NCBI GenBank assembly: GCA_030390025.1
Contig: CM059440.1
Location: 43,586,001-43,650,000 of the forward strand
Source: Squalus acanthias
Lineage: Eukaryota
Reading direction: 5' to 3'
Length of the DNA: 64,000 nucleotides
Translations under genes and position numbers: made by a program
Notes under the pieces: generated by a model
Told to the model about the DNA's origin: nothing
What the model saw: only the letters and a program-made list of their open reading frames with translations
The model's database searches: none
Shown: one piece after another, positions 27,167 to 38,365 of the stretch
How positions within the stretch are numbered: position 1 is the first letter of the stretch
Layout: the number at the start of each line of letters is the position of its first letter

Positions 27167-28059
27167 ACCTGAGACCAGAGCACCCTTGGTAAATAATGAT
27201 CCTGGCCCTGCCAATAGGAAGCTCTACCAAAGTGTGAAGAGCTGCACAGGACCCTCAATGTGGAAATACCATGCCACGTGCAAAGCAGCACATATTCTCC
27301 ATCGGCGATGACCTGCAAATGTATCAAATTTGTACTGCTCAATAATGAAATGAGATTTTGTGGGGGGAGGGGACCTGCTGATATATTCAAGTTGCAGTAC
27401 GTTGAACCTGAATCAAACCCCTACCTTTGGGCAGGCTGAAGAGTGGATATCTAACGGGGAACATTACATCTCGCTTCCCCATCGGCCTCAGTTTTAGGCG
27501 TGTGCTTTCTCTCGAGGTTCTTATTCCCTGACAGAGGGCAGGAGAACCGTTGGCCAGTTTTTGAACCTCTACCCATGCCACCCTTGAACTGATCTTTGGC
27601 CTTTGTGTAAAACTGTCCCAGTTCTGCACCTTCTCACTTCCCCTCTTGGTGGGAAGCATCTCCAATCCGTTTCTATCTTCTCCTGGTGACCCCAGAGGTT
27701 GATAAATTGACACAATATCACAAACACACACTTTGGGGGCACTGTATAAGCCACCAGCACACTTTGCCACTAGACCATTTGAAATCCAAACTTTACAATC
27801 CCCGACTTGCTAATATCACAGCTGACCTCAACTACTCGCCACTTGTGATAGTCCTTATTGACAGTCCGCTCGACACAAAACATCACACGATGAGAGCCTG
27901 GAAACCGGCCTGTCCTAATGCACAGGTTTTAATTACAGTTTTGGGCATTTTACCCAACGCAAAACTGTTACTTGGCTTTTTACTAATCCTAACCCCATAA
28001 ATGCAAGGATTTGCCTGAAATGCATGATTACATTTCCCACTGAAGCGAGATTTCCATAC

Positions 28060-28362
28060 CTTTGTGTGGTGGCCGGGATGAGAAAGCAGAGATGAGGGGC
28101 GAGAAGAACGGGAAGTAGCGGTTCTTGAAGAGGAAGAGGAGGGTATGGAATGAGATGATGTATTGCGAGAGGCAGAGGGAGCAGGAGGTCCAGCAGGACT
28201 TGCTGAGGCCAGTCGAGACAATGGATAGGATGGCTGGGACAGATTCCTACCACCGGGTGAGGTGGGATTGTGTGATTCGCGCAACTGCTCAGCAGTAAAG
28301 CCAGTTATAATCGCCCATATCTCGTCATCTATACGCTTCTGCTCTTCCAGATCAGGCACAGA
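28060..28362 (-). CDS. HSPG2: Candidate alternative perlecan exon, 101 aa: SVPDLEEQKRIDDEIWAIITGFTAEQLRE...Ser/Pro-rich...HHTK
   Basis: 303 nt, open, phase 0-0, acceptor ccttcacttccttgtag, donor AAG/gtatgg. Confidence 0.75.
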
Positions 28363-28904
28363 CTACAAGGAAGTGAAGGAACAAGTCATCTCTACATTAA
28401 AAAGCGTCACCACTGCAATCCAGCCACGAGCTTACCACATCACTAATGTACTAAATCTTAAACGTTAAATGAAATCACAACACAGGCAATGAAGATTAAT
28501 CGTGCAGTTTGTTTTCAAAAAAGTTCTGTAAATTTTCTTCCTCTTTTGAAGTGCTTCCTATATAGTTAGTTTCATGAATTTATTTATCCACATCAGTGTA
28601 TCCCATAATCGTATCCAGCTTTCACTGCTTTCCTTTGAAGGATTGTTACCCAACGTTAAATGTCCAAATTATTCCAAGTGTTAATCATAGTGTTAAGACC
28701 AAAAATACCACTCAAGACAACCAAACCATGCTGTAGAAACAATTAAGAGGGTTACTGGTGCGCTAATGTACCCTTTCCCTGCTTCACTTTGAGATCCAAC
28801 CGTGAAGGATAATTGTGAGGTTTTGGCTCGACCTTTGCTCGAAGGACGCCGGTAGATAATGGCAGCAGATCATCGCCATTCACCAGCACCACAGCCAACA
28901 ACCA

Positions 28905-29295
28905 GAATGGTCCCAGGGGTGAGGGACTTCAGTCATATTTAAAGACTGGAGAAGCTGTGATTTTTCTCCTTATAGAAGAGAAGGTTACGGGGAGGTTTAA
29001 TAGAGGTGTTCAAAATTAGGAGGGGTTTTGATAGAGTAGATAGGGAGAAACTGTTTCCACTGGCAAGATGGGTCAGTAACCAGAGGAGTTATTGTGATCT
29101 GGAATACACGACCTGCAAGGGTGGTGAAGCAGATTCAATAGTACCTTTCAAAAGGGAATTAGACATATAATTAAAAAGAAAAAATGTGCAGGGCTATGGG
29201 GAAAGAGCGGGAGAGTGGCACTAATTGGAGAGCTCTTTCAGAGAGCCGGCACAGGCATAGTGGGCCACATGGCCTCCTTCGGTGCTGTATGATTC
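28905..29295 (+). mobile_element. CR1 LINE 3' fragment, internally deleted
   Basis: RMVPG...RLEKL..., GAGAAACTGTTTCCACTGGCA and the CR1 tail. Confidence 0.82.
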
Positions 29296-29658
29296 GACAA
29301 CACCTGATTACTCAAGCTCTTGGGGAAGTTGTTTGAATAATTGGTGTCGGAAGCTAAGACAGTTCACTTCATGTAGAAGCGGAGCATGTACATTATATGG
29401 CAGCTGAACACCACTTGGACCAAGACCGAAGCTACGTGTATGACACACACGGGTCTCCAATCCCTATCGACATTAATATTGGGCCCTCATCAACAGCTCA
29501 AGTCATTCCCGTGCTCCATTTACAGCACAGCTGGCCAACACAAGCTATACAGTGAATTGGACACGGTCTAGTATATATTGTTTTATTGCTTTTATTATAC
29601 TTTTTTTGCGGTGAGGTATGAAAGAAAATTATGAAAATGCAGTTCTTACAATAACTGA

Positions 29659-30097
29659 ACACGGTGGCATAGTGGTTAGCACTGGTGCCTCACAGCGCCA
29701 GAGACCCGGGTTCGAATCTGACCTCGGGTGACTGTCTGTGTGGAGTTTGCACATTCTCCCCGTGTCTGCGTGGGTTTCCTCCGGGTGCTCCGGTTTCCTC
29801 CCACAGTCCAAAAATGTGTGGGTTAGGTTGATTTGGCTATGATAAATTGACCCTTAGTGTTAGGGGGGATTAAATATGTGGGGTTATGGGGATAGGATGG
29901 GATATGTTAGGGGGAATTAAATACGTGGGGTTACGGGGGTAGGGTGGGATATGTGTACTGTGGGGATTAAAGCAGGGACAGGGTACTGGATTTGGATGAT
30001 CAGCCATGATCGTATTGAATGGCGGAGCAGGCTCGACGGGCCGAATGGCCTACTCCTGCTCCTAGATTCTATGTTTCTATGTTTCTATGTTTCTATG
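29659..30097 (+). mobile_element. tRNA-derived V-SINE (HE1-like) with a CR1-derived tail
   Basis: A box TGGCATAGTGG, B box GGTTCGAATC, V-domain TGTGTGGAGTTTGCACATTCTCCCCGTGTCTGCGTGGGTTTCCTCCGGGTGCTCCGGTTTCCTCCCAC, tail (TTTCTATG)n. Confidence 0.9.
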
Positions 30098-30217
30098 AAA
30101 TAATCTTGTGAACTAGATTGATGGATTGGACGAGGTTAAATCTACTGTACAAATTGCTTGCACTACCCAGTCAATCAGATTCATGCTCCACACTGTGCCA
30201 TGCAGTCACGCTGCTAC

Positions 30218-30319
30218 CTTTGAGGATCGTTTAGCCCTAGGAAGAGATGACGTTGAGCCCAAGAGTTCCCAGATGGCCGCATCCTTCCTCAGCTGGTCCT
30301 CAGTCAAAGACGGGTCTTT
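30218..30319 (-). CDS. HSPG2: Candidate alternative perlecan exon: KDPSLTEDQLRKDAAIWELLGSTSSLPRAKRSSK
   Basis: 102 nt, phase 0-0, acceptor gcattcattag (weak), donor AAG/gtagca. Shares a motif with the 28-kb exon; TGCATG lies just downstream. Confidence 0.68.
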
Positions 30320-30884
30320 CTAATGAATGCAATTTTGCACGTTACTTTAGCACCGACAAAACCATCCTGCTCGCTCAGCGAGGTGCTCCGGTCAATCCAA
30401 CGCCACCACAAACATGTGCATACAAGAAACTGCAAGGTAGGCAAATCCCGGCAGATTCAGAGAATTCGGCCTGATCATCTTGCTGTGGTCAGCCAGGACG
30501 AGTAGATCAAAGCGTTCCAGGTCAACAATACAGCGGCTAGAATTTAACATGATCCGCCAACCAGCAAACACCATCAACACATGCTGAATGTTAATAGAAA
30601 CATCAGACAACTGCTCTTATATATTTCAATTTCAAGATCTGGAGATCCAAGTAAAAACAAATAGTTTTCCCATTCGTGACACTTTTATAACAGCAAAGAC
30701 AAACAGAATTATTGCTACCTTTACAAATACCAATCAAAAATCCCTGACCATTTAGGACTATCCCGTTTGCACAGCAGCCAACAGTTTCCACTTATTATGA
30801 TAAAATTAACTTACTCTGATTTTGGCTTTGAATCAATCTTCCCACCTCCGAGTGGGATGTTGAAAACCAGTCACAACTCACGCA

Positions 30885-31090
30885 TAGGAACAGGAGGCGG
30901 CCATTCAGCCCCTCGAGCCTGTTCCATCAATTGGATCATGGCTGATCTGTACCTCAAACCCATTTTCCCACCTTTGCTCCCAATCCCCTGATACCCTTAC
31001 CCAACAAAAATCTATCAATCTCAGCCCTGAAAGTTTCAATTGGCCCCCAGAATTCCCAGCCTTTAGGGGGAGCCAGTTCCAGATTTTATG
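30885..31090 (-). mobile_element. CR1 LINE 3' tail fragment
   Basis: Reverse complement of GATCAGCCATGATC...CTCGAGGGGCTGAATGGCC. Confidence 0.8.
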
Positions 31091-31537
31091 CCTGTGGCGG
31101 CAAACTTGTGCCGATTTCCTGTTCTGTTCAGCCACAAAGAAACACGATGCACGCGACTGGCTGGTAAACGCCGTGAAGCCCATTCACGGTGTAAATTTAG
31201 CAGATGAAGATTTTCTGGTCTTTACAGTGAATGATTGACATTCAGTTCTTTTAATACAGCGGGCTTGAGGGAGGGGAAGGAGGAAAGAGCAACTTAAAAA
31301 CATAACAATTTGCAAATCTGTAATAGGAAATGGATATTGAGGGAGGGGCTGGTGGGGGGGAGGGGCTGGTGGGGGTTTGAAAAGTAATATCTGCGGCAGG
31401 GAAAGAAGGAAGTAAATGAAAAAAATACAGACGGCTCTGCAGCAATTCAGCGGGGTTACTTCGGCAGTACCTCCCTCCCCTGTGACCTCCGCACTGAGAA
31501 AGACACGAGCAGCAACGTTGTGGGAATATCAAAAAAA

Positions 31538-31704
31538 GGAAAGAACTTGCATTTTGATAGAGCGCCTGTCACATCCTCAGGACGTCCCAAAATACTTCAC
31601 AGCCAATGATGTACTTCTGAAGCAGTGTCACTGTTACAGTGCAGGAAACACGGCAGCCAATGTGCTCCAAGCAAGCTCCCACAAACAGCAATGAGATAAT
31701 GACC
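31538..31704 (-). mobile_element. DeuSINE 3' fragment (L2-type tail)
   Basis: Reverse complement of ~40595-40762. Confidence 0.75.
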
Positions 31705-32538
31705 AGCTCTACCTCACCACCACCACTCTCACGGCCTCGGATCTGTCATGCTGCTTGTCCGACATCCAGTATTAGATGAGCAGAAACTTCCTCCAATTAA
31801 ATTTTGGGAAGACCGAAGCAACTGCATTCGGGTCCCACCACAAACTCCGTTCCCTAGATACAGATTTCATCCCTCTCCCTGGCCACTATCTGAGGCTGAA
31901 CCAGACCGTTCGCAAATTTGGCGTCCTATTTGACCCTTGGCTGAACTTCTGACCTCATAATCCTCTCCAACATCAAGACTCCATACTTCCACCTCCGTAA
32001 CACCGCCTGTCTCCGTCCATGCCTTTGTCTAGACTTGACGATACCAACGCTCTCTTGGCCGGCCTCCCATCTTCCACCCTCTGTAAGCTCGAGCTCATCT
32101 AAAACTCTGCCGTGTATCTTAACTGGCACCAAGTCCCGTTCTCCCGTCACCCCTGTGCTCGCTGACCGACATTGCCTCCCAGTCCAGCAACGCCTCAAAT
32201 TTAAAATTCTCCTCCTTGTGTTCAAATCCCTCCATGGCCGCCTCGCTCCTCCTCCTCCAGTCCTCTGACCCTTCTCGCTGCATTCCCAATTTCCTGCGCC
32301 CCACCGTTGGTGGCCGTGCCTTCAGTTATCTAGTCACCAAGCTCTGGAATTCCCTCCCTCTCTACCTCTCTCTCTCCTCCATTAAGATGCTCCTTAAAAC
32401 CTCCCTCTTTGACCAAGCAGGTCTTAATATCTCATGTGGTTTGGTGTCAAATTTTGTCTGATAACACTCTTGTGAAGCGCCTTGGGACGTTTTACTATGT
32501 TAGAGGCGCTACATAAATGCAAGTTGTTGTTGTTGTTG
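31705..32538 (+). mobile_element. Decayed L2 LINE 3' fragment
   Basis: Similar to 24830-25770; ends GGCGCTACATAAATGCAAG(TTG)n. Confidence 0.85.
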
Positions 32539-32837
32539 AATGATGTTGGTGAGGGATAAAATATTGGCCAAGACACCGGGATCCTGTTCCCAGACATCAG
32601 AACAAAGTGTAAAAGTTGCTGGGAAAAGAATGCAAATAAATCAGGTTTTAGAACTGTGCACAATGCACTCTTCTGAAAACTGTAGATGGATCTCTCGTTG
32701 GGGCACTGGGCTATGGGGACAAGATCTCCCGGTTTGGATGCGATTTTCAAGACAAAAGTTGGTTGGTCGCTCCCACGCCAATCTGTTTTGAATCTAAGCT
32801 TCTGATTGGCCGGAAAGCTGCTTTGAGCTACAAGGTC

Positions 32838-33372
32838 GCCGGGAGGTCAATGCGCAGCGGGAGCCGGGAGGTCAATGCGCAGCGGGAGCCGGGAGGTCGA
32901 TGCGCAGCGGGAGCCGGGAGGTCAATGCGCAGCGGGAGCCGGGAGGTCAATGCGCAGCGGGAGCCGGGAGGTCAATGCGCAGCGGGAGCCGGGAGGTCGA
33001 TGCGCAGCGGGAGCCGGGAGGTCGATGCGCAGCGGGAGCCGGGAGGTCAATGAGCAGCGGGAGCCGGGAGGTCAATGAGCAGCGGGAGCCGGGAGCCGGG
33101 AGGTCAATGCGCAGCGGGAGCCGGGAGCCGGGAGGTCGATGCGCAGCGGGAGCCGGGAGCCGGGAGGTCAATGTGCAGCGGGAGCCGGGAGGTCGATGCG
33201 CAGCGGGAGCCGGGAGCCGGGAGGTCGATGCGCAGCGGGAGCCGGGAGGTCGATGCGCAGCGGGAGCCGGGAGCCGGGAGGTCGATGCGCAGCGGGAGCC
33301 GGGAGGTCAATGCGCAGCGGGAGCCGGGAGCCGGGAGCCGGGAGGTCGATGTGCAGCGGGAGCCGGGAGCCG
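32838..33372. repeat. 25-bp G-rich minisatellite with extra 7-bp GGGAGCC sub-units
   Basis: Unit GGGAGGTC(A/G)ATGCGCAGCGGGAGCC; later units grow to 32 and 39 bp. Confidence 0.95.
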
Positions 33373-34215
33373 AGGTGAAGGAAGGCAAGTTACAACATTT
33401 CATCTCAAACTAAATAACAGAAGAGGATTAGAGGAGGCGGAAGAGAGTATAGTTAAAATAGGAAGCAGAGAAAACAGGTTAAAAAAAGAGAATAGGCGAG
33501 TGAAAGGAACAACAGGGTAAATGCTGGCAAAGGGTTTTCTTAATATTTATTTCAGTGTCACAATACGGGAATTGAAAACAATCTAAATCGATTGAGCTGA
33601 GGTGGTGAGGAGTTCACCTGGTGGCAGTTCCGGGTTCATCAATAGTTACAGAACATTGGGGGTGATACATCAATGGGTCTCCCCTTGCCCCCGTTCCCAG
33701 CCTTGACAACAACGAACATCAAACTCTACTCTATGGCCCTTATCCATTTCTTGTTCTGGTTGTGAAAATCTGAACTTTCTCTTTAGAGAAAATATAAATT
33801 TCTCATTGCAGCGTGTTTATTTAACGGTGTAACTCTCTTTCCTTCAGTTATTTTTCAGTCTTCTTTCCTGGTCTCCCTTTGACAAACACTCAGAGCTGAG
33901 AGGACAGGCAGGCAACCCACTCTCATAGTCCGGCTGCTGCAGGAAGCACTGGCGAGTCGCCCGGGGACAACACCAGGCCTTTGCTCAGCGCCTGGCCACC
34001 GTAACATGGTGGAGACCACAGTTGCGCGATCGCATCCTAGGACTGTGTGCCGTAGTATCCAGCGTTTATCTCAAGGTACAATTTCACTTCAATAACTTCG
34101 CAAAAGGCGGCACGTTTTACTACTGAAGCCAACAGTGCAAAGCCAAACTCAAGCAGACAAACACAGCGGCCAAATCACAGAGAGGGCATCACAGCATGCC
34201 CATCGCACACTCTAC

Positions 34216-34254
34216 CTTGTGTCCACGTCTAATACGAGCAAAGAATTGCTCCCT
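34216..34254 (-). CDS. HSPG2: Candidate alternative perlecan microexon: REQFFARIRRGHK
   Basis: 39 nt, phase 0-0, strong acceptor ttattccctttcttcag, donor AAG/gtagag. Confidence 0.62.
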
Positions 34255-36145
34255 CTGAAGAAAGGGAATAAATAACAGTGAGAGGTAAACAGGTAAAGGG
34301 CAGCGAACAGTATGTTAGAGAGGAGGGTCGAAGATAATAGAACAAAGTGCAGTAGTCTACCTTGGCTGCATAAGCACTCCTTTAAAACTAAACCGAAGAA
34401 AATCTTGGAATCTCACAGGTGTGGTTGAAAAGGCGATGGATTGTGACTGTAAGAGCCACGTGTTCAGGCACAGACCACACATTATTTTAATTTACTTTGC
34501 TGAGAGAATTTATTATGAGGCCAATTCTACGCCTTCTAATTTTATCTGACCAAGGTCTTTGCTCAAAGTTTTGCCGCAGTTGCCACGGGTTTAGAATATC
34601 AGCCTCGCCCAAAACAACACGTTCATCAGGAGGTACAGCCGACAGGCACAAACTCCCCTGCTTTGAAAGAACAGTATCATCTTTGCCATATTCATGTGCA
34701 AGACTCGTATAATGTTCATTCCACGTATATTTGTATGGCCCCAGATTAACCTTCAGTCACGAACACACACTGCCAGTTCCAGGTGTACAAACATCTGTGC
34801 AGGACATCTGAGGGAGAGTTCCCGTCAGATCCATTTTGCAGAGGAAAGAAAATGATTTAATCTCAACCCTTGGGAACTTGGCATTTTTTGATTGAAAGTG
34901 GATCAAAGTTTTCAGTATGTCTTCGAGTTCAAGTGTAAGTTTCAGGTTGTCGCCTTCTGTCAGAATTTCTGCGGGGAAGGTTAATCCCCGAACTAATGCC
35001 GTGAATATAATGGGACTGTAGAACTACACATTACACCAGGAATTTATCGCAGCACATGAACAGATGTCCTATTGCACAGGTGCATTTGAGTCAGCTGCAC
35101 AACTTGGATGGAATCGGCCAGTATTATTCACCGCCATCATGTAACAGAACTGGGAACTCACGAGACATATCATGTGCATCAGGTTCCAACATATAGACAT
35201 ACACCTATGGTTCCACTGTTAACATTGTAGCAATAGGCTCGATATCAACTCCCCACAGGCCGGGGTGAGGGGAGGTTAAAAAGTGAAATACGCGGAACAC
35301 CGACCCAACTGGCTGCCATTTTTACAGCAGTGGATAGCGGGGCGTCTGAGTGACGCTTATTAACATATTTAAATTGGGCTACTACAGCGCAATTAGGAGC
35401 GCCATTTAAAATTCACTGCTGCTGCGTGGGTTTCCCGGGGCTTGAGAAATTTGGCAGGGAAAGAGAGGCGGGAGCTGCCGGCTCCACAAGGCCTTTTCCG
35501 GCTCTCCTCGAGGGCCAGGAGGAGCAGGAGCGCTCACCCCACCACCCCCCCCGCCCCTCGAGGAAGCCTCCAGCCTCCATCCACAGCCCCTATCGCCAGC
35601 CTCCACCCCCTCCCGATTGCTGACCCCGATTGACGCAGACTGTCCCCGAGGGTCCCCCAGCTGCTGCCTCCTGCCGCTAGCGTTCCCTCCTGCCCCCTGC
35701 CGCTAGCGTTCCCTCCTGCCCGTCGGCCAGGCTGTCCATTCAGCCGGCTGCCAGGCAGAAGGCGGAGCTACAAGATGTTAATGAGGCCGCGCCGTTAAGG
35801 CCGGCGGGACCTCCCCCAGTAAATTCACACTGGGTTCTCACTGCACTGCAATCACACCAGACCCTGCTCACTCAGTCTGGTATCATTGGGAAATGTCACA
35901 ACTCATACAATTAGCAACCTCCAAAGGCATGGTATTATAAATATCAAAAAAATTGTGGTAGGAGAGTGGCAGGAAATTCAACCCTAAATAAATGCAACTT
36001 CGAGGTTTTGTTCAATGATTTCGATCATGAGCACCATTCGAGTGGGACATCACCGGCCAAGGCCTTGGGTCATACCACAGCATTCCTAAACCTGTAAAGC
36101 TCTCGTGTCCAAAGGATTTAAGATTGTGTCGGTCTGGAGCTGTAC

Positions 36146-36340
36146 CTTGTCTCCCTGAAATGCCTCTGGAAGCTGCCAGTAGTAGGACTCCTGGGTGTAC
36201 TGCCCAAACCGGTCGAACGAGAGCTGTGGCTGCCTCTCCCTCACCGTCACGGTGAATCCCGAGGTGATGCGGGTAGTGCGCTGACGATTCACCAGCGAAA
36301 AGTTTTGGAAGTTGCTCGGTGGAACGAATGGACTCGCAAC
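36146..36340 (-). CDS. HSPG2: Perlecan exon (start of third L4 domain): VASPFVPPSNFQNFSLVNRQRTTRITSGF...SYYWQLPEAFQGDK
   Basis: 195 nt, phase 0-0, acceptor catttctgtag, donor gtacag. Resembles human FQGFALVNPQR...SFYWQLPETYQGDK (recalled). Confidence 0.96.
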
Positions 36341-37139
36341 CTACAGAAATGAACAGAATGAAAGTTCATTTGTATCATAGCTTACAAAATGACACCTGAT
36401 CCTAAAGGCCTTGTGGTACCAGTCAGTCTGCACAATAACCACGATATTCAAGTGTTACCGAAAAATCACTTGCAACAGAATTATTCTTTTTAAGTAAAGC
36501 AACGTTTAGCTCCGTGTACCTTCAAGATGGTCTTCTCTAGTCTTCTAATTTAACTTAGTTTCCACAGATAAATGAATAGGTTCGTGAACTGGATGGGCTG
36601 GGGGGCGAGGGGGAAAATCACTGCACAATATCTCGAAGACTCTGATCTCCTCACAGGGATCGTGCAATACATACGATCAGAAAAGACAGAGTTCGTACAA
36701 GAAGGCGGTTACACACATCCAGAAATGTCTGTCCCTGAGCCAGAATCTGAGGAATACCCATCGGTGAAACACACCATTTGACAAGTCACTGCGAGCCGAC
36801 ATCACGCTGCCTGCGACCCTGCAGCAAAATGGTTCTCTTTCTGAATATGGCAATAACATTCTTCTCCAGATTGCACCAATTATCAACAACTAGATCCATC
36901 ATCCTCAATGGGAGGATTCACTGACGTGCCTGTGCCTGTGCCTGTGCCCGCCTCTACTGAGGGTGCGCGCTAATTCATTCTTCACCTCTGCGGCGTGATG
37001 GGCTGACAGACCTGTGCAATTAGACCGAGTATAATTCCACACCGGCATGGCGTGAAGTCACGCACTGGAGTCCAGGCTCCACCAAGCGTGATGCACTGAA
37101 CTGCCATCATGTATTATACATCTGCACCGTTACAGCGTT

Positions 37140-37725
37140 CATAGAATCATAGATAGAATCACAGAAAGTTACAGCATGGAAGGAGGCCATTTCGGCCCAT
37201 CGTGTCCGCGCCGGCCAACAAAGAGCTATCCAGCCTAATCCCACTTCCCAGCTCTTGGTCCGTAGCCCTGCAGGTTAGAGCATCCCAAGTGCACATCCAA
37301 GTACTTTTTAAATGTGCTTAGGGTTCCTGCTTCTACCACCCTTTCAGGTAGTGAGTTCCAGACCCCAACAACCCTCTGGGTGAAGAAATTTCCCCTCAAA
37401 TCCCCTCTAAACTTTCCCCCAATTACTTTAAATCTGTGCCCCCTGGTTTTTGACCCCTCTGCTAAGGGAAATAGGTCCTTTCTATCCACTTTATCTAGGC
37501 CCCTCATAATTTTATACACCTCAATAAGGTCTCCCCTCAGCCTCCTCTGTTCCAAGGAAAACAGACCCAGCCTATCCAGTCTTTCCTCATAGCTTAGATT
37601 CTCTACTCCCAGCAACATCCTTGTAAATCTCCTCTGTACCCTCTCTAGTGCAATCACATCTTTCCTGTAATGCGGTGACCAGAACTACACGCAGTACTCT
37701 AGCTGAGGCCTAACTAGAGTTTTAA
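37140..37725 (-). mobile_element. CR1 LINE 3' fragment
   Basis: ALERVQRRFTRML...QGYGPRAGKWD, similar to the end of the 1-3.8 kb element. Confidence 0.92.
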
Positions 37726-38224
37726 ACTTGCCCTTTGAACTAGTCCAGGACCAGCATTATTGCTTGATGCCAGGAGCTGCAGTGTTACTGGAGGTCCATC
37801 CTGTGTCAAAGTCTTTTCCATGTGTAATTCCTATTCTACAAATGTAGGGTCAGTCACTAACGCTAGAGATAGGTGCAGTGCGGTGACAATTTACAAGGGC
37901 AAAGTTTTGGAAGATCATTGGCGGAACAAATGGAATCACAACCTACAGAAATTAAGAGCATTAACTGCGTCAGCTTTCCCATATGCTGATCAGCCATGTT
38001 AGCTCACATCTGACACCAGTTACATGAACTCTCCCTGATAAAGAGGCAATGCCAGTGGGTGAGCACCAACGAAGGGTTGTTTCCCAGGGCAAGGTCCTGG
38101 GTGTAGCAGAGCAAGGAAAGGGCATTCGACCGGTGGGGGACGTGAATTTTTTCAAGGGCGATGTCCCCTGTGGGATGATTGAAGCTACTGCTCGCACACA
38201 GGATGACGAAGAGTGAACACGTAC

Positions 38225-38365
38225 CAGCTTCCTGTAGTACGAGGAGCTGCTGCATTGATGCGTCACTCCCATACAGAAACACGGCAGGCATCCCTCTCTG
38301 CTCTCTGCACTCAGGTCGAAGTAACCGGCTTTGCAAGTGTCGCAGGTCTGGCCTTCCACATTAGG
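38225..38365 (-). CDS. HSPG2: Perlecan exon (laminin EGF): PNVEGQTCDTCKAGYFDLSAESREGCLPCFCMGVTHQCSSSSYYRKL
   Basis: 141 nt, phase 0-0, acceptor ttttgattacag, donor gtacgt. Contains the perlecan motif GCLPCFCMG.T..C. Confidence 0.96.

Noticed and set aside
27425-27682. Possible extra minus-strand exon (...RPMGKRDVMFPVRYPLFSLPK/gtaggg)
   Set aside because: Open only as phase 1-1 (258 nt) or 0-1 (103 nt). Neither fits the phase-0 chain without a partner exon that I could not identify convincingly.
13136-33372. CRISPR-like arrays
   Set aside because: The arrays are head-to-tail tandem units without unique spacers, there are no cas genes, and the DNA is eukaryotic.
34361-34387. AAG/gtagac donor near the 39-nt microexon
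   Set aside because: Available acceptors give 16 or 19 nt, or 27 nt with an in-frame stop.
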